Below are positions 19,304-28,902 of a stretch of DNA of 64,000 bases, one piece after another (position 1 is the first letter of the stretch; each line of letters opens with the position of its first letter). Both the position numbers and the translations under genes were made by a program. The DNA comes from Methanobacteriota archaeon (lineage in GTDB: Archaea > Thermoplasmatota > E2 > DHVEG-1): the NCBI GenBank assembly GCA_963769885.1, contig CAVYNH010000006.1:32001-96000 (forward strand). The letters are read 5' to 3'. The notes under the pieces are model-generated. The model had not been told where the DNA came from and did no database searches. It worked only from the letters and a program-made list of their open reading frames with translations.

Positions 19304-20590
19304 GTGACACCTATGGCCATGAACGGAACACTCCCCATCGGCATGAAACCCGAGATCACCTACCACCTCACCCAACTCCTCGACACCCCCGTCTACCTCA
19401 AAGACAAAAGAATCGGCAAACTCCAAGACCTCGTCATCCGCGACGGCGACAAAGTCGCCGAAGTCGTCCAACTCTACATCCACCGCCCCTTCGGCGACCC
19501 CGCCCTCCTCATCCCCTGGGAAAACACCAGAGTCCTCACCCCCCGAGAAATCGACATCGACATCGACACTCCAGACACGTACGTCACCGAACCCAAAGAA
19601 GGCACTATCCTCCTCAAAGACCACATCCTCGACAAAAAAATCCTCGACATCGAAGGCCAAGAAGTCGAAGTCGTCTACGACGTCACCCTCATCCTCAGAG
19701 ACAGACTCTACGTCACTGACGTCGACATCAGCCGCTACAGCTTCCTCCGACGCATCGGCCTCAAACGCCTCGCCCGCCTCCTCACCCACCCCGAAACCCG
19801 CACTAAAATCGGCACCATCCCCTGGTTCTACATCCAGCCCCTCCCCAGCAACATCAGCAGCTTCGAAGGCGACGTCCGCCTCAAAATCCTCAAAGAAAAA
19901 ATCAGCGACATCCCCCCCGTCGACCTCGCCGACATCCTCGAAGAACTCGACCACGACCAACGCCTCGTCCTCTTCCGCCAACTCGAAACCGAACAAGCCA
20001 GCGACACCCTCGAAGAAATCAACCCCAACGTCCAACGCGCCCTCATCAGCTCACTCGAAAAAGGACACGCCGCCAACCTCATTAACGAGATGACCCCCGG
20101 CCAAGCCGCCGACGTCCTCACCGTGCTGCCCTGGAGCGAGGCGAAACAAATCCTCAAACGCCTCGACCCGGAAAAAGTCAAAAAAATCCAGGCCATCATG
20201 AACTTCCACGAAGAAAAAGTCAAACACTTCAGCACCCTCCGCTACATCACCGCACCCCCAACCCTCACCGTCGGCACCGCCCAGGACGAATACCCGAAAC
20301 TCGCAAAAAACAAAGCCGTCACCATGTACTTCTACGTCATCGACAACCAGAACCGGCTCCTCGGCGTCGTCGACATCAAAGAACTCCTCAAAGCAGACGA
20401 CACCGCCCAGCTCAAAGACATCATGACCGACGACATCATCACCTTGGGGCCAAACAGCATGCTCAAAGAAGCGGCAGAACTCTTCTCCCACTACGGCTTC
20501 CGCGCAATCCCCGTCGTTGACGACCAACGCCGCCTCATTGGCGTCGTCCCCTTCCGCGACGTCATGAACCTGACCCACTACTTCATATAA
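19304..20590 (+). CDS. MgtE N-terminal/CBS domain protein with N-terminal PRC-barrel-like region and no TM domain
   Basis: P.DLADILEEL MgtE-N repeats; tandem CBS (YFYVID...LLGVV; AIPVVD...LIGVV). Confidence 0.88.
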   Translation: MTPMAMNGTLPIGMKPEITYHLTQLLDTPVYLKDKRIGKLQDLVIRDGDKVAEVVQLYIHRPFGDPALLIPWENTRVLTPREIDIDIDTPDTYVTEPKEGTILLKDHILDKKILDIEGQEVEVVYDVTLILRDRLYVTDVDISRYSFLRRIGLKRLARLLTHPETRTKIGTIPWFYIQPLPSNISSFEGDVRLKILKEKISDIPPVDLADILEELDHDQRLVLFRQLETEQASDTLEEINPNVQRALISSLEKGHAANLINEMTPGQAADVLTVLPWSEAKQILKRLDPEKVKKIQAIMNFHEEKVKHFSTLRYITAPPTLTVGTAQDEYPKLAKNKAVTMYFYVIDNQNRLLGVVDIKELLKADDTAQLKDIMTDDIITLGPNSMLKEAAELFSHYGFRAIPVVDDQRRLIGVVPFRDVMNLTHYFI

Positions 20591-20618
20591 TGGAAAAAGA
20601 AAACCGCTCAAACCTCTG

Positions 20619-20939
20619 CTACTGACCGGCGATGAACCCACGAAACTGTTCTTCGTTCAGCCCTTCCCCGGAGATGCCATCCAGTCAATCAGCCACAACC
20701 CCATGCTTAAACAGCAGCACGGTGGGCACCACATAGACCGAGTACTTACTACAGAAACCATCGTCGTCATCGACCATCGCACACACGAACTGCCCTGGAT
20801 CAGCCTTAAAAATCTTCTCATAAATCGGTAGGAATGCCCGACAATACGGACACCAGGATGCATAAAACAGGACGTACACCTTCTCCTTGGTTTTCACAAA
20901 TAACTCAAGACTTGAAAGCGTTGAAAACTGCATCACCAT
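20619..20939 (-). pseudogene. Thioredoxin-family protein with an in-frame TGA at 20685-20687
   Basis: FYASWCPYC and VPT; after the TGA the frame continues LDGISGEGLNEEQFRGFIAGQ*, the expected last helix. Confidence 0.75.
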
Positions 20940-21093
20940 CTACCGACTCTCCGCCCTTGACATCGGAAACGACCAACACCTTCTCCTATTTACGCTTATC
21001 CATCAAACGATGACAGGGCGACCCACATACCATCTGCATCGCGAAAAAAAGAAGACAAAAAAAGAGAAAGAGATGAGGGAGACGATTCCCTCA

Positions 21094-23103
21094 TTACCCG
21101 AAAATCAAGCGGAGGAGCGGGAACGCGTTCGGGAACCGCGCGAAGAGCCAGTCCAGGAACCGATGCGACGGCACAAACGGCATCTTCACCGTCGCCGGGT
21201 CAGACCAGTCGCTCTCCAAGTTGAACTTATCCTTCGCCTTCACCTTGATGAGGTAGGTCCCCCGCTTCGCCCAGGTGTGGTTCAGCGTCGCGTTCTGTCC
21301 GGACAGGTACGGACCAGTCCAGTTCGACATCGTTCCGTCACCCCAATCCCACATGAAGTACAACGTCTCGTTCTCATCGGGGTCCGTCGTGCTCGTCGTA
21401 TAGTTGTGGGGCACCTTCGGCTTCCCCTGTGCGGGGCCGACCGGTGTCCTTGGTTTATCAGGGGCGGTACCCGTGACCGTCACGTGGATGATCGGGCTGT
21501 ACCACCAGAGATGCCCATCGATGATCTCCCAGCCGTCCGTGCCATGCAGCTCCTCATGATAGGACGCGTTCGTCCGTTCACTCACCATCCGGAGGTACGG
21601 ATGGCTGCCATAGACCTCCGGGTGCAGGGGTGCGCCGTACCGCTGGTCCACCTGCGCTTTAATGACAAAATAGTAGTTCCCTGAGGTTGACGGCGTGATG
21701 GTCTCGCTGTAGATCGTCCCCGAGGTCTGACCGCTCTCCGCCCCCTCCCAGCCGGTGCCGCCGACCCACTGCCCGGCGTGCTCCGCATGATCTAGGGTTT
21801 CGAACTGAGGATGCGAAATCGGGTCAGGGTCCGTCCCCCACTGAATCGAAGTGTGATCGACAACCAGGCTGCCGTTCACCATCCACCGGAATGGGAGGAA
21901 GGTGCCGGGCATGACGACGCTGTTATCAGGGATGGTCCCGCTCTGGATCTGGACGTTGGGCTGCGCGAGGTCCGACTGATGCAGGATGATCCGGCGGACT
22001 TCCGCGCCGTACCGCGGCGTCGTGTCGTTGCCGAACGTGGACTCCGCCGGGTTCTTCGTCGTGGACATCTCCGGGGAGATCCACTCGACGCCCGCGCCGT
22101 AGTAGTTCCCAAACGTCTCATCATGGACGTAGGGGTCCTCCACCGGGTTCCGCTCGACGTTCCCGCCGTAGGCCCAGGGGGACATGCCGCCTTGGACGAC
22201 GTAGCCGACGGTGCCGGGGATGGTCCCGATGCTGTACATGTCGAAGTCGCCGCCGTAATCGCCGGTGTAAGCCCCGACTCGTTGGCTGGAGACCTCGTAG
22301 AAGTAGAAGTCTGGGGGCGCATAGTCGTTATCCCGGCCGGTGATCGGGCTGACGCCGTGGACCGAGGAGTGCGTGGAGCCCCAGGGATACAGGAGCTCTC
22401 GGGCCCCGCCGTGCCAGTCCAGCGCGATCCGAATCGTGTGGTTGTCAATGAAGCGGTATAAGGTCTTGCCCTGGACGCTCCCCCAGATGCCGCCGGTCGG
22501 CGACCCGGGTCCGTCCATGTCCGCCTCACGGTTCACGTCCCAGCCGTTCCCATCATAGCGCTGCACGTGGTCGTAGCCGTACGGGTTGTGCGAGACCTCA
22601 AGGTAGATCTCGCGGTTGTCGATGAGCCAGCGCAGCCAGGCCTTGTCATAGTCTGGGCACGGCTCGTCCGTGAACGCCATGCGCATCAGCCAGTCGGTGA
22701 ACCAGTAGTTCCCGATGGTGCCGACGGTTTCGTCCCCATGCGGGTTCCCCAGGAACAGGACCTCGGGCTTGTGCAGTCCGAGTGACTCGTTCGTGATCCG
22801 CACGTACCAGTCGTCGTAGCCGCCCGTGAGAGTCCCGGTGTTATATATGACGTTCATCTTGTACAGCTCAATGTAGTTCGGATACGTGCCGTTCAACAGT
22901 TGGTACCACGTAAGGAGCTGCGCGATGTTCGTCGGCTTGTGGTACCAGTCCGGCCCCAGCGGCAGCGTCTTCTCATCCAGGTCTGCCTGGGTGACGACCG
23001 TCCTTGGTTTCTGATGCTCAGAATACCCCGCCGCCGGCAGGGCATTCACCACCATTGTGAGGACAACAATGAGACTCACAATTCCAGTCAATTGCTTCTT
23101 CAT
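21094..23103 (-). CDS. Secreted M14 zinc carboxypeptidase with PKD domain and amphipathic tail
   Basis: HGDE (HxxE), NP.G, R, D.NR, DWH; PKD WDWGDG. Confidence 0.9.
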   Translation of the reverse strand: MKKQLTGIVSLIVVLTMVVNALPAAGYSEHQKPRTVVTQADLDEKTLPLGPDWYHKPTNIAQLLTWYQLLNGTYPNYIELYKMNVIYNTGTLTGGYDDWYVRITNESLGLHKPEVLFLGNPHGDETVGTIGNYWFTDWLMRMAFTDEPCPDYDKAWLRWLIDNREIYLEVSHNPYGYDHVQRYDGNGWDVNREADMDGPGSPTGGIWGSVQGKTLYRFIDNHTIRIALDWHGGARELLYPWGSTHSSVHGVSPITGRDNDYAPPDFYFYEVSSQRVGAYTGDYGGDFDMYSIGTIPGTVGYVVQGGMSPWAYGGNVERNPVEDPYVHDETFGNYYGAGVEWISPEMSTTKNPAESTFGNDTTPRYGAEVRRIILHQSDLAQPNVQIQSGTIPDNSVVMPGTFLPFRWMVNGSLVVDHTSIQWGTDPDPISHPQFETLDHAEHAGQWVGGTGWEGAESGQTSGTIYSETITPSTSGNYYFVIKAQVDQRYGAPLHPEVYGSHPYLRMVSERTNASYHEELHGTDGWEIIDGHLWWYSPIIHVTVTGTAPDKPRTPVGPAQGKPKVPHNYTTSTTDPDENETLYFMWDWGDGTMSNWTGPYLSGQNATLNHTWAKRGTYLIKVKAKDKFNLESDWSDPATVKMPFVPSHRFLDWLFARFPNAFPLLRLIFG

Positions 23104-23309
23104 AGATTTCAACTTCCCCGTTAAACTGTCTATATGGGGGATATTTTATAAAAAGCTTCGTAAGCACAAAACCACCCCACCACCCAAGAAAAATCAACTC
23201 TAAAGAAGATAAAACCCACTAAAAGACAGAATAAAACACAAAAAAAATCCATAAAAACAACGATACCGCCTCCTTCATCAACAGCCATGAGCAACCCGAC
23301 CACGAACCA

Positions 23310-24602
23310 TCAAATGACCAGGAACTGATTCTCCCGACTCCCATCCCACACCACATACGGCAACAGCACCGCCCGCTCCGCCTCAGACAACCCCCGGCGC
23401 TCCACCGGCGGCAGACGACCCGACGGTACCTTCCCCGCCCACGCCACAAACCGACGCACCATCCACCACGTCCCCGTCAGCCCCCTATTCACAAACACAT
23501 CCACCGCATCAACTCCCTCCCAGCGCCGGAACCCATCCCCAATACACGCAGACTCCTCCCCGGACTGCTCCACAATCCGACCCTGCGACCAACGCCCATA
23601 CTCAGGGTGCGCCGCACACAGCAAGATACGCCCCTTGTGTGCATTCGGACACACCTCCGCCGTCACCGCTGGCATCCCACCTTGATCCAACGTGATCACC
23701 GTCTCCGTCCGCTCCCAATCCCCTGCGAGATAGTACGTGTACAGAAAGACATCCCGCAGTCGCGCATGCTGCCGTTTGATCATCTGGAAAGCTGAAAAAA
23801 CAGCTTTGCCAACCCCCTTCAAGCCCCCGGTATACCGCCAGGCATAGATCCGCCGCCGCGGATCCTCTGAAAGATCCACAGTCGGATACCACGCCAAGAC
23901 CTGTACGTCACGATCCGGACGCTCTGGGACGACCAGCCCCGGGCCTCCCCACCAGCGGACCAACTCCGACTCAGACGCACCCGTAAACACAGGATGCTTG
24001 GTATCCAACTTGAACTCAAGCGGCGCCCCGCCCGTATGCACCCATGCCCCGTCTACGGTCTTGCCGGGTGCAAACGAGAAGACATACGCGGCCGCCCCAA
24101 CATCCTCCGGATGCCGCCTCTGGAACGGGTAAAGCAGAGGGAAGGCAAAGGACCGATAGAACGAGGAGACACAGGAGACACCCAGGTTACTATTATGGTA
24201 GCGTCGCTCTAAAAACGTGCGGGGCTTGCCCGCCCCAGTCTTCAAATCAGTCATGAGGGCCGCGCCACCGCAAATCCCGACATAACCTCCGCCCTTGCGA
24301 ACGAAGTCGGCGATATAGCGTTTCCATCTCCTCGTCCGTAGGGAGAGGGGGTCACCCTTGGTGATGGCATGGCCGTCCCCGACACCGCCGCCGGGGACTA
24401 CGAGCACATCAAAATTGGTCGTGGTGAGTCTTCCTTGCCGGATGTCTCTGTCGGTGAGGTATTCCACGGCAAATTTGTAGGATGAGTCGGGGGTCGTCCA
24501 GGCGTAGTTTTGGAGGAGGGCGAGGAAGAAATGTTTACCGGAGCCCCAGCCGAGAGGCTCATCGGCGAAGATGGCGACGCGGATCACCTTTTCCGCACTC
24601 AT
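23310..24602 (-). CDS. BPL_N-like class I glutamine amidotransferase/amidase domain protein
   Basis: VPGGG, GGGYVGICGGA nucleophile elbow, WGGP, HPE triad; TGATG overlap with the upstream gene. Confidence 0.8.
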   Translation of the reverse strand: MSAEKVIRVAIFADEPLGWGSGKHFFLALLQNYAWTTPDSSYKFAVEYLTDRDIRQGRLTTTNFDVLVVPGGGVGDGHAITKGDPLSLRTRRWKRYIADFVRKGGGYVGICGGAALMTDLKTGAGKPRTFLERRYHNSNLGVSCVSSFYRSFAFPLLYPFQRRHPEDVGAAAYVFSFAPGKTVDGAWVHTGGAPLEFKLDTKHPVFTGASESELVRWWGGPGLVVPERPDRDVQVLAWYPTVDLSEDPRRRIYAWRYTGGLKGVGKAVFSAFQMIKRQHARLRDVFLYTYYLAGDWERTETVITLDQGGMPAVTAEVCPNAHKGRILLCAAHPEYGRWSQGRIVEQSGEESACIGDGFRRWEGVDAVDVFVNRGLTGTWWMVRRFVAWAGKVPSGRLPPVERRGLSEAERAVLLPYVVWDGSRENQFLVI

Positions 24603-25720
24603 CAGGAACCTCGGCGGAGATAGTCCCAGTGATCGAGGGCGAAGCCCCAGCTCTGGTTCACCGTGTCGATGACCTGAGGGTCGATGGCGTAGACGTTGGT
24701 TTTGTACTTCGCCTGTCGTGCGAGGTACTGCTCGATGCCGGGGAGGGCTTGGTCGAGGCCGGGTAACGCAAGCTCCTCGTAGATTCGGCGGACTTGTCCG
24801 CGGGGGTCGGCGACGAGGTCCTCGTAGCGGAGTTCGACGAGGCTGTCTTTGGGGATCTGCGTCTTCTGCTTGTGGTAGTCATTGAAGAGTCGGACGTAGT
24901 TGTCGATGACCTGCTTGTCGAGGTCGGTCGTGGAGGCCGCTTGGAGGGCGAGGACGTCGAGGACGTTGCGGCGCATCTTGCGGGTGGAGAGGTACACGAG
25001 GTAGGGGTCGCGGTAGAGGTAGATGAACTTTGCCTCGGGGAACAGTTCCCGGAGGGTGGTGATGCGGGCGGTGTTGGGTGGGTTTTTGGAGAGGAGGCGG
25101 CGGCCGTGGTTGGCGTAGGTGATGGCTTTGATGAGGCTGAGGTAGGCGGTTTTCCAGTCGTCTTTTTCGGCTGTGGTGAGGCCGGTGAAGTGGATGGATT
25201 TTTGGTATTGTTGTTCAGCGTTCTTGGGGAAGTAGAGGCAGTGGAAGAAGGACCAGGGGCAGAGGACGGCGAGGGCGGCTTCGTCTTCGTAGGGGCCGTC
25301 CATGGCGACTTCGATGGCGTCCATGGGTCTGGTTTTGGGGAGGAACCGGGACAGGAAGTCTTTAATCGGCTCTAAGGTGAGGAAGCTGTCGGGGAGGAGC
25401 GTGTTCCAGAGGGAGACGTGGCAGAATTGGGGGTCTTGGCTGAGCAGCTCGTGGAGGTAGGTGGTGCCGCTGCGCCAGTGTCCGATGATGAAGACGGGGG
25501 GATGCTGGAGTGTTGTCGCTTCGATGCGGTGTTGGTAGCGGAGTCGGTAGAGGAATCGTACCGGTGCGGTCGCAATGGACATCACGGTGATGAAGGCGGC
25601 GCGGGGGTAGTAGCCGCGGTCGACGCCGCCGTTGGCGGCGAGGAGTCGGATCCATCGGCGGGTGGAGATTGCGAAGAGGGGGTGTTGGATGATGTTTTGT
25701 TTTTTTGTGGGCTCAGTCAT
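24602..25720 (-). CDS. PAPS-dependent sulfotransferase (Sulfotransfer_3, Stf3-like)
   Basis: PVFIIGHWRSGTTYLHELL, RPMD, P.EDE, KNP, FIYLYRDP...S, RYEDL. Confidence 0.92.
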   Translation of the reverse strand: MTEPTKKQNIIQHPLFAISTRRWIRLLAANGGVDRGYYPRAAFITVMSIATAPVRFLYRLRYQHRIEATTLQHPPVFIIGHWRSGTTYLHELLSQDPQFCHVSLWNTLLPDSFLTLEPIKDFLSRFLPKTRPMDAIEVAMDGPYEDEAALAVLCPWSFFHCLYFPKNAEQQYQKSIHFTGLTTAEKDDWKTAYLSLIKAITYANHGRRLLSKNPPNTARITTLRELFPEAKFIYLYRDPYLVYLSTRKMRRNVLDVLALQAASTTDLDKQVIDNYVRLFNDYHKQKTQIPKDSLVELRYEDLVADPRGQVRRIYEELALPGLDQALPGIEQYLARQAKYKTNVYAIDPQVIDTVNQSWGFALDHWDYLRRGS

Positions 25721-26879
25721 GGGTTGTCTCCGTGATGGGTGTTTCGTAGACGCGGTGGATCTTGGTGATTTTGGCGCCGGTGACGGCCATGGTGGAGCGG
25801 GCGGCGGTGTTGGTCTCGTCGATCCAGCCGATCTCGGCGGAGCGGTAGCCGCGTCGTCGCATCTCGGTAAAAGCGGCGTGGTTGAGGCAGGAGGCGATGT
25901 TGCGGTCGCGGTAGTCTTTGCGGATGCCGATGAGGTGGAGTTTGCCGGTGGTGATGGAGTGCTGGCGGTAGAGGAAGCTGAGGAGTTGGGGGGGGCCGAG
26001 GCGGCCGTGCATGCGGGCGAAGACTTGGTTGTAGTCCGGGGTGGCCCAGAGGTAGGCGATGGGGGTGTGGTTGATTTCGGCGATGAGGAAGAGGCGGGTG
26101 TCGACGAACCAGCGGAGTTGTTGGATGCCGAAGCGGGTGCGGACTTCTTCTCGGGATGCGGGGACGAATCCCCAGTGGTCCTGGAAGGTTTCGAGGAAGA
26201 GGTCGATCCACCAGTTGAGTTCTCTGCCGGTGTGGAGTCGGTTGAAGGGGCGGATGTGGATGCCGCTGTCGCGGCAGTGTTGGGCTTTTTCTTCGAGTCG
26301 GCGGGGGAAGGGTTTGGTGAGGTCGAAGGTGAAGGTGAGGAGGTCTTTGGTTTTGGTCATGCCGTAGCGTTCGGCGAAGGCGGCGTAGTATGGGGGGGTG
26401 TAGGTGGCAAGGAGGGTCTGGGGGGCGTCGTGGCCGGCGATGAGGAAGCCGCTGCCGATGTCGATGCGGCCGTCGATGGGGCCGCGCATGGTGGTCATGC
26501 CGTGGGTGGCGAGCCAGTGTTGCGCGGTGGCGAGGAGGGCGGTGGCGGTGTCGTAGTCGTTGATGGTTTCGAAGAAGCCGAAGAAGCCGACGTTGTCGTC
26601 GATGGTTTTGGTGTAGAGGTGGTCGATGATGGCAGCGATGCGGCCGACGGTTTTGCCGTTTTTTGTGGCGAGGAAGAGGCGGCGGTCGGCGTGGGTCCAG
26701 AACGGGTTTTTTGGGGAGAAGAATCTGTTGATCTCGGTGTAGAATGGGGGGATCCAGTGGGGGGTGTCGGCGTAGAGTGGGAAGGGGGCTTGATAGAATC
26801 GTCTGAGGTCCGTGGGGAGGTCCATCGGGATGATGTGTATTGGGTGATTTTTTTCCATGGCTTCGGGGCGGTTGCCCAT
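25713..26879 (-). CDS. YghO/bCerS-like tandem GNAT acyltransferase
   Basis: W.PP...NPF..H, VGRIAA, G.FGFFE, RGP, Y.PPYY, K.KDL, WGFVP, PDYNQ, GWIDE.N. Confidence 0.85.
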   Translation of the reverse strand: MGNRPEAMEKNHPIHIIPMDLPTDLRRFYQAPFPLYADTPHWIPPFYTEINRFFSPKNPFWTHADRRLFLATKNGKTVGRIAAIIDHLYTKTIDDNVGFFGFFETINDYDTATALLATAQHWLATHGMTTMRGPIDGRIDIGSGFLIAGHDAPQTLLATYTPPYYAAFAERYGMTKTKDLLTFTFDLTKPFPRRLEEKAQHCRDSGIHIRPFNRLHTGRELNWWIDLFLETFQDHWGFVPASREEVRTRFGIQQLRWFVDTRLFLIAEINHTPIAYLWATPDYNQVFARMHGRLGPPQLLSFLYRQHSITTGKLHLIGIRKDYRDRNIASCLNHAAFTEMRRRGYRSAEIGWIDETNTAARSTMAVTGAKITKIHRVYETPITETTHD

Positions 26880-27027
26880 GCGTATAGCTCCTCCTTATTT
26901 AAAGAGGGCTCCCGCCGTCTGTTGAAGGGGTTCGTGGTTATATTCTTTTTTCCCAATTCATGCCTCATTTTCGGCTTCATCTAAGAGGGGAGGGAGAGAA
27001 TGGATGCAGTCGCCTCAGACGCGTTGT

Positions 27028-28800
27028 TTATGTCTGCGTGAAGCGTGGGAATACAGAGGCTATGATATTCTGCTCGAATCGTGTCTCATGAAGGCGATGT
27101 GCGTGCCAAACGGCGGCGAGGAATCGAAGCAGCAGCTTCAGGGGGCTGGTCTGCCAGGCCTGCTCATGGGTGAGGGTCGGTGTTTTGAGCGTGACGGGGA
27201 TGAGTTCATAGTCGGATGCATTGTTCTGGTTCTCGACGCGGAGGTAGGTATCGAAGTGAGCGCGGCTTTGGTTCGGTGCGATGATCGATACCTGCACGGT
27301 GAGGTCTCCTGCTTCCGGGGTCAGCCCCATCCCTGATTCGGGGGTGAACGTCCATTCTCCCCACGTGAGCAGGGTGGTGTTCACGGTCCAGTTCAGCAGG
27401 GAGCCGGCGCGCCCGATGTTGCGGACGGTGAAGTTCCCGGTGACTGTTGCTTCGGGATGGACTCGGGACCAGTGCAGGCTGCCGGAGCAGTCCAGGTCAG
27501 GGGTCTCTGAGGGAGGCGGAGGCGTGAATGGAGGGATATAGTTGATCTTGTAGACGTCGTTGAGCCATGGGCTGGGATAGGTGTTGGTGTAGCTCCAGAC
27601 GATGTCGTTGTCTGGCGTCACCTCGAAGAAGACGCCGGTGATGCCGTTGCAGATTATGGTGTCACCGTCCAGGAGCCGTTCTGCCCCGGAGATGCGGGTG
27701 GCGTAGAAGCTCGTGGTCGGTGTCGCGGTGTAGCTCCAGTTCAGGCTGCTGGGGCCGTATCTGGAGCCGGGGGCCAAGAAGTACGAGCCGGTTTCGTTCA
27801 CAGGTGGGGCGAACTCGTCCACAGAGGAATATCCGCGGTTGAGGCCGTTGTTGAAGACGAGGATGTGGCCGGCGCCGGGGTACCCGGGGCGGATCCACGT
27901 GGCGTCGTGCTGGCTTGAGAAGATCATGTCGCTTGCCGTCCCGCGGCCGTACGCCAGGGGGTTGCCCCAGCGGTAGAGGATGTCGCCGCCGTGGCCGTAT
28001 CGGCCGCCGGTGTGGCCCGCGGCTTGCGCCGTCGTGGTGCTGTGGTCGATGACCCAGACTTCGTTGAAGTAGGGGCAGCTGATGAGTATCTGGTCGAACT
28101 GCTCATTGTAGTCGAGAGAGTTGCAGTGGAGCCAGTCTGTGTCCATACTTCCGTAGTTGATGTCGATGAGCTCGGGATGGTCGGAGATGGCCCCGTAATG
28201 CGGTAGTGAGGCGCTGTAATCTTGGATGAGGTGGTCCCAGACGTGCCACTGCCAGACGATGGTCCCGCTCATCGGGCCCGTTGGCTTGACCTCGATGATG
28301 TGCTCGGGGCAGACGCCGTTGGGGGGGACGTGTGCGGGGTTTCGTCCTGCCGCGATGGCCTCGGCCGGGGTTTTCTTTTCCCAGGCGAGGAGGAGGATGT
28401 CGCCATTCGGCAGCATGCGGACGTCATGGTGGGAGACATGGGTGCTGGAGCTGTAGGTGTAGTCCCAGACGACGGTCCCGTCCCAGAGGATTTTTTGGAC
28501 GCCGCCGCCGGTTCCGCCGAAGGTCCAAAGGTCGGTCTTGTAGGTACGCAGGATGGTGCCGTCGCCGAGCCAGCGGACGCCGGCCCCGGGCACGGCTGAG
28601 CTCGCCCAGGTGTGGTTCACTGCTCCGGAGCGGTCAATGAGGTACGTTATCGTCGAATCCATCGGGGCGAAGAGGATCTGTCCCTCAAGATCGAGGGATC
28701 GGCGAGGAGGGGCCATAGCGTCCGGTGTGGCGACTGCAGGCAGGCATACCGCGAGGACCAGAAACAGGCATCCTACCATGAGCGCCGCCGTAGCCTTCAT
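27028..28800 (-). CDS. Secreted arylsulfotransferase (ASST) with C-terminal Ig-like domain
   Basis: Signal peptide; HHD, DWLHCNSLDY, YRWGNP, QHDA, FNNG. Confidence 0.9.
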   Translation of the reverse strand: MKATAALMVGCLFLVLAVCLPAVATPDAMAPPRRSLDLEGQILFAPMDSTITYLIDRSGAVNHTWASSAVPGAGVRWLGDGTILRTYKTDLWTFGGTGGGVQKILWDGTVVWDYTYSSSTHVSHHDVRMLPNGDILLLAWEKKTPAEAIAAGRNPAHVPPNGVCPEHIIEVKPTGPMSGTIVWQWHVWDHLIQDYSASLPHYGAISDHPELIDINYGSMDTDWLHCNSLDYNEQFDQILISCPYFNEVWVIDHSTTTAQAAGHTGGRYGHGGDILYRWGNPLAYGRGTASDMIFSSQHDATWIRPGYPGAGHILVFNNGLNRGYSSVDEFAPPVNETGSYFLAPGSRYGPSSLNWSYTATPTTSFYATRISGAERLLDGDTIICNGITGVFFEVTPDNDIVWSYTNTYPSPWLNDVYKINYIPPFTPPPPSETPDLDCSGSLHWSRVHPEATVTGNFTVRNIGRAGSLLNWTVNTTLLTWGEWTFTPESGMGLTPEAGDLTVQVSIIAPNQSRAHFDTYLRVENQNNASDYELIPVTLKTPTLTHEQAWQTSPLKLLLRFLAAVWHAHRLHETRFEQNIIASVFPRFTQT

Positions 28801-28833
28801 AGAAATTTTCCCTTATATCTAAAGGAGGCGGAG

Positions 28834-28853
28834 GGATTTATATCCTTTTTTCC
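28834..28853 (-). promoter_or_regulatory. BRE/TATA promoter of ASST paralog 2
   Basis: GGAAAAAAGGATATAAATCC, identical to 30696-30715. Confidence 0.7.
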
Positions 28854-28902
28854 TCGTAAAAACCCCCTGCAGCCGCTTGGGCCCTCTCGGACTCGTGATT
28901 CC

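Noticed and set aside
299-19350. Recurrent GGCATGAAACC before starts (about 300, 19080, 19340) as a uORF or operator
   Set aside because: Explicable as a degenerate SD/start context in C/A-skewed DNA; few copies and inconsistent frames
20685-20687. Selenocysteine codon in thioredoxin
   Set aside because: Not at a Cys position, CxxC is intact, and no SECIS was recognised
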